Position numbers and translations under genes: made by a program | Assembly: GCA_963780185.1 (NCBI GenBank) | Contig: CAWABA010000011.1 | Span: 32,001-96,000, forward strand | Origin: Candidatus Bathyarchaeota archaeon | Lineage (GTDB): Archaea > Thermoproteota > Bathyarchaeia > Bathyarchaeales > Bathycorpusculaceae | Reading direction: 5' to 3' | DNA: 64,000 bases | Notes under the pieces: model-generated | Seen by the model: the letters and a program-made list of their open reading frames with translations, nothing else | Told to the model about the DNA's origin: nothing | Databases searched by the model: none | Shown here: one piece after another, positions 51,552-62,295 of the stretch | How the letters are laid out: each line of letters begins with the position of its first letter | How positions within the stretch are numbered: position 1 is the stretch's first letter

Positions 51552-52076
51552 CTAAAAAGGAACCGCTACGGCTTTGGAAACATCATAGACTTTGCCAATC
51601 AAATCATGAAGGTCGGTTAATTCCATAATTATCTTATCAGTTTTTTCTTTAGTATTGTTTTTGGAGTCGAAGTGCGCCATTTTTTCCATTATTTTTGTAT
51701 ACGATTCCCTAATACGATCATTATCCCTTTGCGTTAAAGCCGAAGGGCCCATAGCGCTTACTGACAAGTCATGCGGTTCTTTGCAAAAGTTTATGAAATA
51801 TTGTAATTCTGTCGATTGAATTTCATAATCATTTAAAAGTTCCAATCCAGTGATTCCTGTTGACAGTGTGAATAGGAATCTCTCTAATTTGGGTAAAGAT
51901 GCCATAGACTCATCATCCTCGATAGTTACTAATAGTTTATTTTCGGTATACACCGTTAAACCAATTATTAAAGGGTGCACTTGGGATATAACAATTGCTA
52001 TGACTCTTTTACGGACAAAATTAAACAGATAAGAAATCCTAATAGCAATTTTTTTGCTAATCTTATCATAAGTCAA
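51552..52076 (-). CDS. Hypothetical protein (start uncertain)
   Basis: 174-aa ORF ending 12 bp upstream of the HExxH gene. Confidence 0.65.
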   Translation of the reverse strand: MTYDKISKKIAIRISYLFNFVRKRVIAIVISQVHPLIIGLTVYTENKLLVTIEDDESMASLPKLERFLFTLSTGITGLELLNDYEIQSTELQYFINFCKEPHDLSVSAMGPSALTQRDNDRIRESYTKIMEKMAHFDSKNNTKEKTDKIIMELTDLHDLIGKVYDVSKAVAVPF

Positions 52077-52185
52077 AAATTACCAATCTTTAATTAAATA
52101 GAGAATAATGTTAATTTAGCGAATTATGTTTGCCTCATGTTATGACGGAATGCGGGAAAGAGTCTTATGTAGCAATTTCAAGAAT

Positions 52186-52230
52186 CTGGTGGATCGTGCT
52201 TGCAGGGGTTCGAATCCCTTCCCGGCGCCA
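52186..52230 (+). repeat. att-like duplicate of the tRNA-Ser 3' half
   Basis: GCAGGGGTTCGAATCCCTTCCC-GGCGCCA (52202-52230) vs 48932-48961, one C fewer; degenerate match extends back to CTGGTGG. Confidence 0.92.
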
Positions 52231-52283
52231 ATCGCTATTTCCACTGTTTCTAGTTTGAATCGACTTTGAGACCGTAGATTCTG

Positions 52284-52604
52284 TTAAGACTGTGGCGTGA
52301 GGGATTCTGCCCATTCTCGGATTGTGTTGAAAACGGGGAGAAATGCTTTTCCGTGCGGGGTCAATGCGTATTCGACTCTGGGCGGCACTTCGGGGTACAC
52401 TGTGCGGGTTATGATTTTGTTTTCTTCAAGGTCTCTCAGATGTTTGGTTATGGTTTTTGAGTTGACGTCGCCCATTCTTCTTTGGAGTTCAGAAAACCTG
52501 AGTTTACCGTCTTTGAGGCTCCAAATGATGAATAGGTTCCACTTGCTGCCTATGATTTCCAGTACTTTGTTGAAGTGTAAATGTGCCTTGTTTTCTGATT
52601 CCAC
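52284..52604 (-). CDS. HxlR family transcriptional regulator
   Basis: IIGSKW, LRFSEL, YPEVPPRVEYALT..G. Confidence 0.95.
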   Translation of the reverse strand: MESENKAHLHFNKVLEIIGSKWNLFIIWSLKDGKLRFSELQRRMGDVNSKTITKHLRDLEENKIITRTVYPEVPPRVEYALTPHGKAFLPVFNTIREWAESLTPQS

Positions 52605-52831
52605 TTGATTTTCTCCTTTAGTTACTTATTGGAAACAGCATTACAAATTGCCTACTATGTTACTATTTCACGTCTGGGGTACTTAAGTATTCCCAAGGTC
52701 CATGAAAGTAGCTGGCTAAGCAAAGGTGCCAAAATGATTGTACTAAACAAAAAACCCAGAATTCAACCAACCTACCCCAAGAAAAGTCAACGTCAACCAA
52801 CGACACAATCATTGACAAGAAGGCACCTCAT

Positions 52832-53680
52832 ATGACAGTTGACATATACTATTTTTCAGGAACAGGCAATTCGCTAGCTGTCGCCAGAGACATTGCAGAA
52901 AAAACCCATGGAAACCTGATATCCATACCCTCAGTCATGAATAAAGACAAGATAAGAACCGATGCTGAGGTCGTCGGAGTTGTTTTTCCCGTTCACGGAA
53001 TTTTCCGCATTCCTTCAATAGTTGAAAGATTTGTTGGGAAGCTGGACGGCGTCGGTTCAAAGTACATTTTTGCGGTCACCACGTATGGGAACATGGCTGG
53101 CGGGGTCATCAAGAGTTTTCGTAAAGTGGTTGAATCTTGCGGCGGCAAGCTTTCAGCCGGGTTCGCGGTGCATATGCCCATGAACAACATCACCATTCCC
53201 TTCTACAGCGGGATGGTTGGAGATAAAGAACAAAAGTTATTCACAAACTGGCGGGAAAAAAGCGGTTTCATCTTTGAATATGTGAACGCTCGGAAAGAAG
53301 GCAGGTTTGAAGCCACCAACAAGCTGCTTGTTTCCTTGTTTTATCCTCTTGACAAAGTATTTGCCCGGTGGTTAATTGAAAGCAAATACAACAAACTTAC
53401 AAACTCGCATCTAACCAAAGATGAGCTCTGGCCTATGATGGATGTCAGCTTCCACTCTGACGAGAAATGCGACGGCTGCGGCGTATGCTCAAGAATCTGC
53501 CCTGTGAAAAACATAAAAATGGTTGACGAAACACCCGTGTGGCAACGTCACTGCGAACGGTGCATGGCATGTTTACAATGGTGCCCGAAGGAAGCTATAG
53601 AATTTGATAAGGATTCTGTTGGCAGGGAAAGGTATCATCATCCAGACGTAGGGCTCTCCGACATGCTGCAGGATACTTAA
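52832..53680 (+). CDS. EFR1-type flavodoxin / 4Fe-4S fusion
   Basis: YYFSGTGNS; CDGCGVC..CP and CERCMAC..CP. Confidence 0.93.
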   Translation: MTVDIYYFSGTGNSLAVARDIAEKTHGNLISIPSVMNKDKIRTDAEVVGVVFPVHGIFRIPSIVERFVGKLDGVGSKYIFAVTTYGNMAGGVIKSFRKVVESCGGKLSAGFAVHMPMNNITIPFYSGMVGDKEQKLFTNWREKSGFIFEYVNARKEGRFEATNKLLVSLFYPLDKVFARWLIESKYNKLTNSHLTKDELWPMMDVSFHSDEKCDGCGVCSRICPVKNIKMVDETPVWQRHCERCMACLQWCPKEAIEFDKDSVGRERYHHPDVGLSDMLQDT

Positions 53681-53788
53681 TGTCACCTCACTATTTTTGA
53701 AGCGCATTCTTGCCGTGAACCAACTTGAATTATGGTTAATTTTATATCTAAATTGAATATTATTTTTATTATGAGCGGGCTAGGCAAG

Positions 53789-53977
53789 ATGGAAAAGATT
53801 GCTGAAGGCGTCAGTGACTTTGGTGATTTTAAGGCTGCTTTGTTTAGGACATCTGACGGCCGCTATTTTGTACGTTTTGAGCCTTTGAACAGCTCGGAAA
53901 AAGCGCATGTTGAGTGGTTGCCCGGCGACGAATATTTGGAGTGGCTCAGATGCTGGGGCGAATGCGCCGCAACATGA
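53789..53977 (+). CDS. Small hypothetical protein
   Basis: MEKIAEG..ALFRTSDGRYF..; TATA-like sequence upstream. Confidence 0.55.
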   Translation: MEKIAEGVSDFGDFKAALFRTSDGRYFVRFEPLNSSEKAHVEWLPGDEYLEWLRCWGECAAT

Positions 53978-54046
53978 AAAACTGAAAAAGTAAGTTGGCT
54001 CGAAAAAAGCCGAGCGCTGCAAGAAGCTTGGTTTGAGTCGTAGATG

Positions 54047-55901
54047 TTATTCTGTCATGTATGTGATGTCGTCCCATGGGTGCCTGTAGAGTCCTTGTTT
54101 TAGCCGTTTCTGGTCCAAGTAGTGCCCTGTCATGCCGATGGTTCTGCCCACCACGAACAAGCCGTTGAGGGCGCCCATCTTGATGTATTCGTCGGCTTCC
54201 TGCTTGGGCATCTCGTTCCGTAGCATGTCGACAAAGCAGATTCCGATGCATCCGTCAACGTTTAGGATGAGGTTGTCTTTCTTGGCTGGTGGTGATCTTC
54301 TCGACTTCAAGTGCGTAATCCAGAAGCGGGGTAGCCTTGAAATGTTTCTTGGCGTACTCCTTCATGATGGTCACGCGCATGTCAGGGTTATTTATGCTCT
54401 TTATGAGGTGCCCGATGCCTTGGATGTTTTCGCCCTTCCGCTTCATCTCCTCAACGAAGTCGGCTGGACTTAAACCCCTGTCGTATGCGTCTGAGAAGCT
54501 TTGGGCTGCTCCGTCGATGGCTCCTCCGAACCTTGGGCCGATGGTAAGCATGCCGCTTGCAACTGAAGAAATCAGGTCCTTGCCTGCCCTCGCTGCAACT
54601 ATTGTGTTGTGGGCGCCTGAAACTGCGGGTCCATGGTCAGCCGTAACCATTATCGCCATCTCGATGAACTTGGTTGCGTAAGCTGGAAGCTGACGTTTGA
54701 ACCATAGGATGCTTAGTACGCCGCCGATTCCAATGTCTTTTTTGAAGACCTCGGAGATAGGCATGTTGCCGTAAAGCAGTTCTTCGCCTCGGTCGTCGGA
54801 TATGGTGCAGATAAAGTTAGAGGGCTTCCTGATTACGCCTTCCTTTAGCGCCTTCGCGTAATCCATGGGGATTCTGGGCGCGGGCGGTTCAGACTTTGGC
54901 GTTATAACGCCTTCCCGAACAAGCCTTTGGTACGTTTCTTTTATCTTTTGGTCGTAGTCGTCGTATGAGTCGGGAACTATTGCGCCTGCCTTCTTAAGAG
55001 CTGCATTTTTTGCGTCAGCAGTTTCTGACTCGCAGCCTGCTTTCGCGCCGGCGTGTCCGAATTGAACTTCGGTTTTGAATGCTTTGGAGCAGGTTCCTGT
55101 AACCCAAATCACCAGCGGCTTTGTTATCTTCTTTGTTTTGAGAGCCTCGGCAATCTCGTATTCGCCGCTGCCGCCCACTTCGCCTAGGCACACAAGCATC
55201 TTGATTTCGGGGATGCTTTCGAACCTGAGAAGGTGATCAAGCAAGGTGGAACCGGGGTAGGTGTCGCCGCCGATTGCGATGCCTTCGTATAAGCCGTCCG
55301 TGTTTCTGGCAATGATGTTGTATGCCTCATTGCTCAAGCCGCCTGATTTGGAAACGAACCCCACGGAGCCTGGCCTGTGAAGTTTGGATTCAACGATGTT
55401 TTCAAGGGTGCCGCCTGCGTTCCCGATTTTGAAGCAGCCAGCTTTTACTCCTCCGACAGTCGCAGGTCCAATGATGACTTTTCCAAGAGCTTTAGCCTTG
55501 GCGGTAAGCAGTTTCATCCGCCGCTCTGGGACGCCTTCGGCGATTATCACGACGGTTCGGATCTGCGGTATGGCTAAGGCTTCCTCAGTTGAGGGCGCGG
55601 CTGACCTAAAAGACGCAAAATTTATCATCACGTCAACTTTTGGGTGCATCTGCGCCGCTTTCTCAATGGTTTTGTACATTGGTATTAGGATTTCCCGTTT
55701 GCCGAAGAAGAATTTTGAGTAGCTGTCTGCGCCAGTGGGGTTGATTATTGCGGCGACGGATGGTTTTGCGCGTCCTGACGCGTAGTCAAAGTCCAGCATT
55801 CTCTGTGTTGCCGCGGCTTGATTATTGTAGATGAATGATTGGGTTTCTTTGTCGAATAGTTCGTTGGGGTTTGTTTTTTTGGCTGGGTCTGTTTTGGGCA
55901 T
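54047..55901 (-). CDS. aclA: ATP citrate lyase alpha subunit (+1 indel near 54285)
   Basis: [43 protein letters not shown], then [15 protein letters not shown] in the shifted frame. Confidence 0.95.
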
Positions 55902-55902
55902 T

Positions 55903-57222
55903 TCATTTTGCTCCTTTCAGCGCCATCGAAACGATTTTGGTCATGTGGGTTTCTGGCCCATAAACTTCAATGGGCACTCCGAGTTTTTCGCCGAGTTCCC
56001 TCATCTGGCATAGACCCTCTTGGTAGTTGGGTCCGCCTCTGCGCACGTAAATCTTAACCTTGTTCTCCTGCAGGTTCTTCTGGAACTCTTTGAGGGCTTT
56101 GATTATGCCTTTGAACGTGGCGGCGACGTCGGTGAAATTCGCTATTCCTCCGCCTATAAGCAGGAACTTGCCCTTCGGATGCGGCTTTCGGGTCATGAGG
56201 TCAAGGATTGTTTTCGCATAAAGATACGTGAATTCCTCGCTTGGGTCCCCTGAGTACTCGCCGTAATTAGCCAATTCATTCATGAAGCCAAGGTCGGTGA
56301 TGGTGTCGGCGTAGATGACTGAGGCGCCGCCGCCTGCAACCATTGTCCAGACTCTTCCTTCGGGGTTGAGAACTGTCAATTTGAGGGAAGCCCCCGTTTT
56401 TGAGTCCAAGTCTTCGATGAAGGCTTCTTCTTTGCTTAAGGCTCTGCCGAAAGGTGCTGGAAACTCGATGTTGCCCCATTTTGAGCCGCTTTCAAACTCT
56501 GCTGTGCTGTCCAACTTTGCGGCAAGGTCCAAGGGGACGATTGCATTCTTTGTTACTACAAACGGGTTAATCTCTAGGTAAGTGAAGTTTAGGTCCGCGT
56601 AGAATTTGAAAAGCGCTTCGATGAAGCCCGCAAGGTGATTTTTGCAGTTGGCGGATACTTTTTCTAGGAGTTTTTTCTGGATTTCCGCGGAGCTTGGATA
56701 TGTGCCGATTGGTACTTCTAGGCGCGATGCCTTGCTGTCCACGTCTCCGACGTTTACTCCGCCTTCATGGTAGAACAAGATGGTGTCGCCGTTCTTGTTG
56801 GCGGTGATGGCAAGGTAGCATTCATCTGAATCTTTATGCGGCGTCATCGGCTCGATGATGAAGTGTGTCAGTTGCCCCACGGTTCCTTTGCCCACGGGTT
56901 TGCCGTCGGAGTCAAAGCTGCCGTAGACAGTTATCGGTTCTTTGGATTTTTCTTCTATCCACTCTTTGGCTTGGTTGAAGTCTGCGTTGATAAGGATAAG
57001 CTTGTTTTTTCCTCGGCGTTTTATCAGCTGGTCGGGTTTAACAACCAGCTTTTCAGTGTTCAGCCACCCATATTGCTTGGGCAGCTTAGCCAAATCCGTG
57101 CTGGGTCCTACACTGATTATTTTGTCTGAGACCGAGTATTTTCCTTCAGAGTAATCTTTGAGCAGACGTGCAAGCATGCATTTTCCGTCAGCCTCTCGGA
57201 TTGCTTTATGAGCCATTCCCAT
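55903..57222 (-). CDS. aclB: ATP citrate lyase beta subunit
   Basis: LVVKPDQLIKRRGK, YLEINP, WTMVAGGGASV, NYGEYSG, GGGIANFTDV, RRGGPNY. Confidence 0.96.
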   Translation of the reverse strand: MGMAHKAIREADGKCMLARLLKDYSEGKYSVSDKIISVGPSTDLAKLPKQYGWLNTEKLVVKPDQLIKRRGKNKLILINADFNQAKEWIEEKSKEPITVYGSFDSDGKPVGKGTVGQLTHFIIEPMTPHKDSDECYLAITANKNGDTILFYHEGGVNVGDVDSKASRLEVPIGTYPSSAEIQKKLLEKVSANCKNHLAGFIEALFKFYADLNFTYLEINPFVVTKNAIVPLDLAAKLDSTAEFESGSKWGNIEFPAPFGRALSKEEAFIEDLDSKTGASLKLTVLNPEGRVWTMVAGGGASVIYADTITDLGFMNELANYGEYSGDPSEEFTYLYAKTILDLMTRKPHPKGKFLLIGGGIANFTDVAATFKGIIKALKEFQKNLQENKVKIYVRRGGPNYQEGLCQMRELGEKLGVPIEVYGPETHMTKIVSMALKGAK

Positions 57223-57229
57223 CTCCCCT

Positions 57230-58444
57230 TCATTGAAGCTTCTTTAGTCTTTTGGCAACCTCAGCTATAAACTCCTCTGTGTACACCTGACGGTTACTCG
57301 GATTGGGTATGACAACCTGCATCAAATCGCCAGTTAAAACCCCGCTTTCAACCGTCTGCAAAGCAGCTTTCTCAAGTTTCTCCGCGAACGCAACAACTTC
57401 GGGCGTCTTGTCAAGTTCGCCTCGCTTTCTTAGGCATCCGCTCCAAGCGAATATCAGCGCCATGGGGTTGCTTGATGTTTTTTCGCCTTTAAGGTACTTG
57501 TAATAGTGTTTCTGGACGGTGCCGTGGGAGGCTTCAAACTCGTAGTATCCCTGTGGGCTAACGAGGACTGAGGTCATCATTGCCAGGCTGCCGTAGGCTG
57601 AGCCTAACATGTCGCTCATGACGTCGCCGTCGTAGTTTTTGCATGCCCAAAGGAGTCCGCCTTCAGACTTCATTATTCGGGCAACTGCGTCGTCGATCAA
57701 CGTGAAGAAGTACTGCAGCCCCGCCGCTTCAAACTTGCTCTTCCAGCTCTTCTGGTACTCGTCCTCGAATATTTTGCGGAACTCCCCGTCGTAAGTCTTG
57801 GAAATCGTGTCTTTGGCGCCAAACCACAAATGAAGCTTCTGGTCGTATGCGTAGGTGAAGCATGCTTTGGCGAAGCTTTCGATGGATTTGTCGGTGTTGT
57901 GAATGCCCTGAATCACGCCTGGACCCTTGAAGTCCTGGATTGTTCCACGGAACAGCTCCTTGCCCGCCGCGTTTGTGAACGTCAATTCGGCTTTTCCTAC
58001 TTCTGGAACCCGAAACTCAAGGTTCTTGTACACGTCGCCGTAGGCGTGTCTGCCGATATGGATGGGTTTTTTCCATGAGCGAACCGCAGGCGGAATGGTG
58101 CTGACAAGGATTGGCGCCCGAAAAACCGTGCCGTCCAAGGCGGCTCTGATTGTGCCGTTGGGGCTGCTCCACTCTTTTTTGAGGTTGTATTCTTTTACGC
58201 GGTCTTTGTTCGGGGTGATGGTGGCGCATTTGACGCCGACACCGTACTTCTTTATGGCTTCTGCCGCTTCAAGGGTTATTTTGTCGTCTGTTTCGTCTCT
58301 AACTTTGAGTTGCAGGTCGTAGTACACGAGGTTCATGTCTAGGTACGGTTGAAGAAGTTGATCTTTGACCATTTTCCACATTACGCGGGTCATTTCGTCT
58401 CCGTCTATTTCGACGATCGGTGTCTTCACTTTTATTTTGGCCAT
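57230..58444 (-). CDS. icd: NADP-dependent isocitrate dehydrogenase (IDH1-like subfamily)
   Basis: [45 protein letters not shown]. Confidence 0.96.
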   Translation of the reverse strand: MAKIKVKTPIVEIDGDEMTRVMWKMVKDQLLQPYLDMNLVYYDLQLKVRDETDDKITLEAAEAIKKYGVGVKCATITPNKDRVKEYNLKKEWSSPNGTIRAALDGTVFRAPILVSTIPPAVRSWKKPIHIGRHAYGDVYKNLEFRVPEVGKAELTFTNAAGKELFRGTIQDFKGPGVIQGIHNTDKSIESFAKACFTYAYDQKLHLWFGAKDTISKTYDGEFRKIFEDEYQKSWKSKFEAAGLQYFFTLIDDAVARIMKSEGGLLWACKNYDGDVMSDMLGSAYGSLAMMTSVLVSPQGYYEFEASHGTVQKHYYKYLKGEKTSSNPMALIFAWSGCLRKRGELDKTPEVVAFAEKLEKAALQTVESGVLTGDLMQVVIPNPSNRQVYTEEFIAEVAKRLKKLQ

Positions 58445-58459
58445 TTTAACTGTTCTCCT

Positions 58460-60398
58460 TTAGTTTTGCTTGACTGTGTATGGGAGCAAGCCGCCCGCGA
58501 AAAGAATGTCCTTCTGTCGCTGGGAAAGGCTGTAGGCAAGCGGAATTTTCAAGTTCTTGGTTTTGTCAACTAGAACCATGGGTTCGCTGTTTTGGAGTTT
58601 CTTTTTGAGGTCTGGAATTTCAATTTCGTCGCCTTGACTCAGCTTGTTGTAGTCAGCCATGTCTTTGAAAGATAGAGGGATTATGCCGAAGTTCACTAGG
58701 TTTGCCGCGTGTATGCGCTCGATTGATTGGGCTATGATTGCTTTGACGCCGAGGTACATTGGGCACAGTGCAGCGTGTTCTCTGGAGCTTCCTTGACCGT
58801 ATGATTCGCCGGCAACTATGACGGTGTGGAGCCCCTTCTTTTTTGCTTCCATGGCTCTTTTGGGGAACGCTGGGTCGATCGGTTCAAAGACGTACTCTGA
58901 ATATTTGGGCACGTTGGATCGGTACTTTAGTCTGGCTCCTGCAGGCATTATGTGGTCAGTTGTGATTTTGTCCCCGACTTTTATGCCGACGACGCCTTTG
59001 ATTTGATCGGGCATTTCGTCGTTAGTTGGAGGTGCGCCGATGTTTGGTCCCCTTGCGATTTCGACGTTTTTGTCGGCGTCTTTTGGGAAGATAAACATGG
59101 AGTCGTCAACGAGGAATTTGCTTGGCATGTTAACTTTGGGGTAGTCGATGCCTGCCGTTCTTGGGTCAGTGAACTTACCTGTGATTGCCGCGACAGCTGC
59201 CACTTCAGGGCTTACAAGGTAAACCTGCGCGTCCGCTGTGCCGCTTCTGCCTTCAAAGTTTCTGTTGCTTGTCCTCAGAGAAACGCCCGTTGACTGGGGG
59301 CTTTGGCTGTTGCCGATGCAGAAACCGCACGCTGCCTCAAGCAGTCTAGCGCCGGAATCCAGCAGGTCAACGATGTAGCCGTCCCTTGCCGCCATCTGCA
59401 GGACCTGACGTGAGCCTGGCGCGACGCCGAAAGAAACGTCTGGGTGAACTTTTCTGCCTTTCATAATCTTGGCGACAGTGGCTATTTCTTTGTAAGAGGA
59501 GTTGGTGCATGAACCAAGCATGACTTGGTCGACTTTGACGTCTTTCATGTCGCTGACGCGAACCACGTTTCCCGGGCTGTGCGGCGCTGCAGCTAAGAGG
59601 CTCCAACTCACCAAGGTCAAGGTCCACGACCCTGTCGTATTGTGCGTCATCGTCGGCTTTGAGTTCAACCCAATCGGCTTCTCTGCCCTGCGCTTTGAGG
59701 AACTTTTTCGTCTCCTCATCCGAGGGAAAGATAGAGGTGGTGACGCCCATTTCTGCACCCATGTTTGTGATTGTGGCTCTCTCGGGAACCGTGAGGCTCT
59801 TAACTCCGGGTCCAGCGTACTCCATGACGACGCCGACGTTGCCTTTTACCGTGAATATTTCAAGCATTTTTAGGACGACGTCTTTGGCGGTGACCCATGG
59901 TTTGAGGTTGCCCTTCAGGTTTATCTTGTAGACTTTTGGGCAGGTCAGGTAGAATTCGCCTCCGCCCATCGCAACCGCAACGTCTAATCCGCCTGCTCCA
60001 ATCGCCATCATGCCGATGCCTCCGCCTGTGGTTGTGTGGCTGTCAGAGCCGAGAAGGGTTTTTCCAGGCTTACCGAACCGTTCCAAGTGGACTTGGTGAC
60101 ATATTCCGTTTCCAGCCTTTGAATAAATGATGCCGTATTTGGCCGCTACAGTTTGCAGGTACTTGTGGTCGTCGGCGTTCTCGAAGCCTACTTGAATGGT
60201 GTTGTGGTCGACGTAGCTTACGGAAAGCTCGGTTTTGACCTGTTTTAAACCCATTGCTTCGAACTGCAGGTAAGCCATTGTCCCAGTGGCATCCTGTGTG
60301 AGGGTTTGATCAATTTTTATCCCTATTTCGTTTCCCGGAACGTACTCGCCTACTACGAGGTGCTTTTCAAGTATTTTTCTAGTAAGGGACTTACCCAT
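58460..60398 (-). CDS. acn: Aconitate hydratase (+1 indel near 59595)
   Basis: QDATG, DHN, GICHQ, GSDSHT, GSCTNSS, ACGFCIG, ITTDHIMPAG, YGQGSSREHAA. Confidence 0.95.
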
Positions 60399-60656
60399 AG
60401 ATGACTCGTCCTATGGAAAGGTTTGTTTTTCTTATGTGTATATAAAGGTTGTCAATTTATGGGAGATCAGCATTCGCGTATTTACTTAAACCGAAATTCC
60501 CCGCATTAATCGCGACTTAAAAAACGCCGACCCGAAAAACGAGCTGAACCAGCGTTCAGGACTTTTCTTAAGGTTCGGAGGCGCCCATTGGACGGCTCCT
60601 CAGCAAAAACTAAATTGTAAGGATGCGATTATGTCACAGACATCTTGGTGAAATGG

Positions 60657-61835
60657 ATGAAAGTTCTGCTGAACGACGGGATGGATGAAGAAGGAGTAAA
60701 ACTCTTCAGAAACGCAGGAATCGAGACAGACAACCGTAAGCGCGACCCTAAAGCTCTTGTTGAGCAAATCGGGGAATTCGACGCTTTAGTGGTGCGAAGC
60801 GCAACAGTGGTGACAAGAGAGGTTATTGAAGCCGGCGTCAAAGGCAATTTGAAGGTCATCGGCAGAGCTGGAGTCGGCACAGACAACATAGACATCAAAG
60901 CGGCGGTGGAAAACGGTGTGATTGTGAAGTCAGCGCCGTTTGGGAACACCAACGCCACGGCGGAACTGGCTCTTGCCTTGATGTTAAGCGCTTCAAGAAG
61001 GGTGGCGCAGGGACATTACTCTCTGAAAAGGGGCGTTTGGAGAAAGAAGTGTTTTGAAGGCACCGAGCTTTCCGGCAAAACCTTAGGCATCATCGGCTGC
61101 GGAAGAATCGGGCAAAAACTAAGCGAGCTCGCAGTCGGGTTCAACATGGAAACAATAGGGTACGACCCTGTTGTCAAGGTCAGTTCAAGGATAAAACTTG
61201 TCTCGAAAGAAGAGGTTCTTTCACAGGCTGATTACGTAAGCATCCATGTGAACGGCAACGTAAATGTGATAGGTGAAAAAGAATTGTGGCTCATGAAGCC
61301 CACAGCATACTTAATCAACACTGCCCGCGGACACAACGTCGATGCGAAGGCACTGTATAAGGCGCTAAAAAGCGGCGGCATAGCTGGGGCAGCTCTGGAT
61401 GTTTTTGAGGATGAACCCGCACAGGAAGATGCCGAGTTTAGAAGTGTGCTGCGGCGGCTGGATAACATTGTTTTTACTCCTCATTTGGGGGCGTCCACGG
61501 TGGAGGCTCAGATGAAAACGTCGGTGGAAATGGCAACTGTCGTCATGGATTACCTGCTGCGGGGGGATTTCTCAAACGCGGTGAACGTTGGTGAAAGCAT
61601 CGAGTTCGAGGAAAAGCCATTCTACCCATTGTTTGTTTTTCACGTTGATAAACCAGGCATGTTCGCCAAGATCGACAAGGTGCTTGCCGACAACGGAGTA
61701 AACATCAGGGAGAACCCTTCTAGGCAAATCGGGGAGGGATGCGCCATCGCCATCTACCTCGTGCATCAGAGAGTGGGGCAAGCCGTCATAGACGAATTAA
61801 ACAAGCTTGAAGGCGTCATCAGAGCCCAAAGCTAA
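60657..61835 (+). CDS. serA: D-3-phosphoglycerate dehydrogenase with C-terminal ACT domain
   Basis: GRAGVGTDNID, GCGRIG, INTARG, TPHLGAST, HVDKPG. Confidence 0.9.
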   Translation: MKVLLNDGMDEEGVKLFRNAGIETDNRKRDPKALVEQIGEFDALVVRSATVVTREVIEAGVKGNLKVIGRAGVGTDNIDIKAAVENGVIVKSAPFGNTNATAELALALMLSASRRVAQGHYSLKRGVWRKKCFEGTELSGKTLGIIGCGRIGQKLSELAVGFNMETIGYDPVVKVSSRIKLVSKEEVLSQADYVSIHVNGNVNVIGEKELWLMKPTAYLINTARGHNVDAKALYKALKSGGIAGAALDVFEDEPAQEDAEFRSVLRRLDNIVFTPHLGASTVEAQMKTSVEMATVVMDYLLRGDFSNAVNVGESIEFEEKPFYPLFVFHVDKPGMFAKIDKVLADNGVNIRENPSRQIGEGCAIAIYLVHQRVGQAVIDELNKLEGVIRAQS

Positions 61836-62295
61836 AGAAAAAGCTTCGAAACCCAGCCTAATTCGCCCTACCTGAACACTCTGACCCCGCCCAACCTCTA
61901 TTTTTGTTGTTACCGCCAGATACCACAAAGAAATATTAGCGGTTCCGAGAGTTTTTTCTTGTAGAAACCCATAAAGCCAGAACGTTTCCCGATTTCGAAT
62001 TTTTGTTGACACATTTACTGGCTTGGTGGGCGTGAGCACCATTGACGCAGATTAAAATTGCGGTTAAACAAATTTTCGACAATGTTGATTCAATCATATT
62101 TGATGCAGCTTTAACCCTGAACGCTATCGAAACTCGAGACAAACAGAAGGAATATGTAACCTAACCTGCATCAGAAATCGGGCGGAGTCTTTATTCTCAA
62201 ATCACTAAATGTATATTAGCTACTTGGTTTCCTCTGCTTATCAAAATTCAATGTTCTAACTTGGATAACTCTTTCCAAAAGAGGGGGCACGAAAT

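Larger units (their letters stand above)
48962..52230. mobile_element. tRNA-Ser-anchored genomic island without integrase
   Basis: AT-rich block ending in a copy of the tRNA 3' end. Confidence 0.85.

Noticed and set aside
52676-52694. Imperfect palindrome GGGGTACTTAAGTATTCCC between hxlR and the flavodoxin gene
   Set aside because: It overlaps a probable TATA element; an ordinary promoter/operator at best and not distinguishable from sequence alone.
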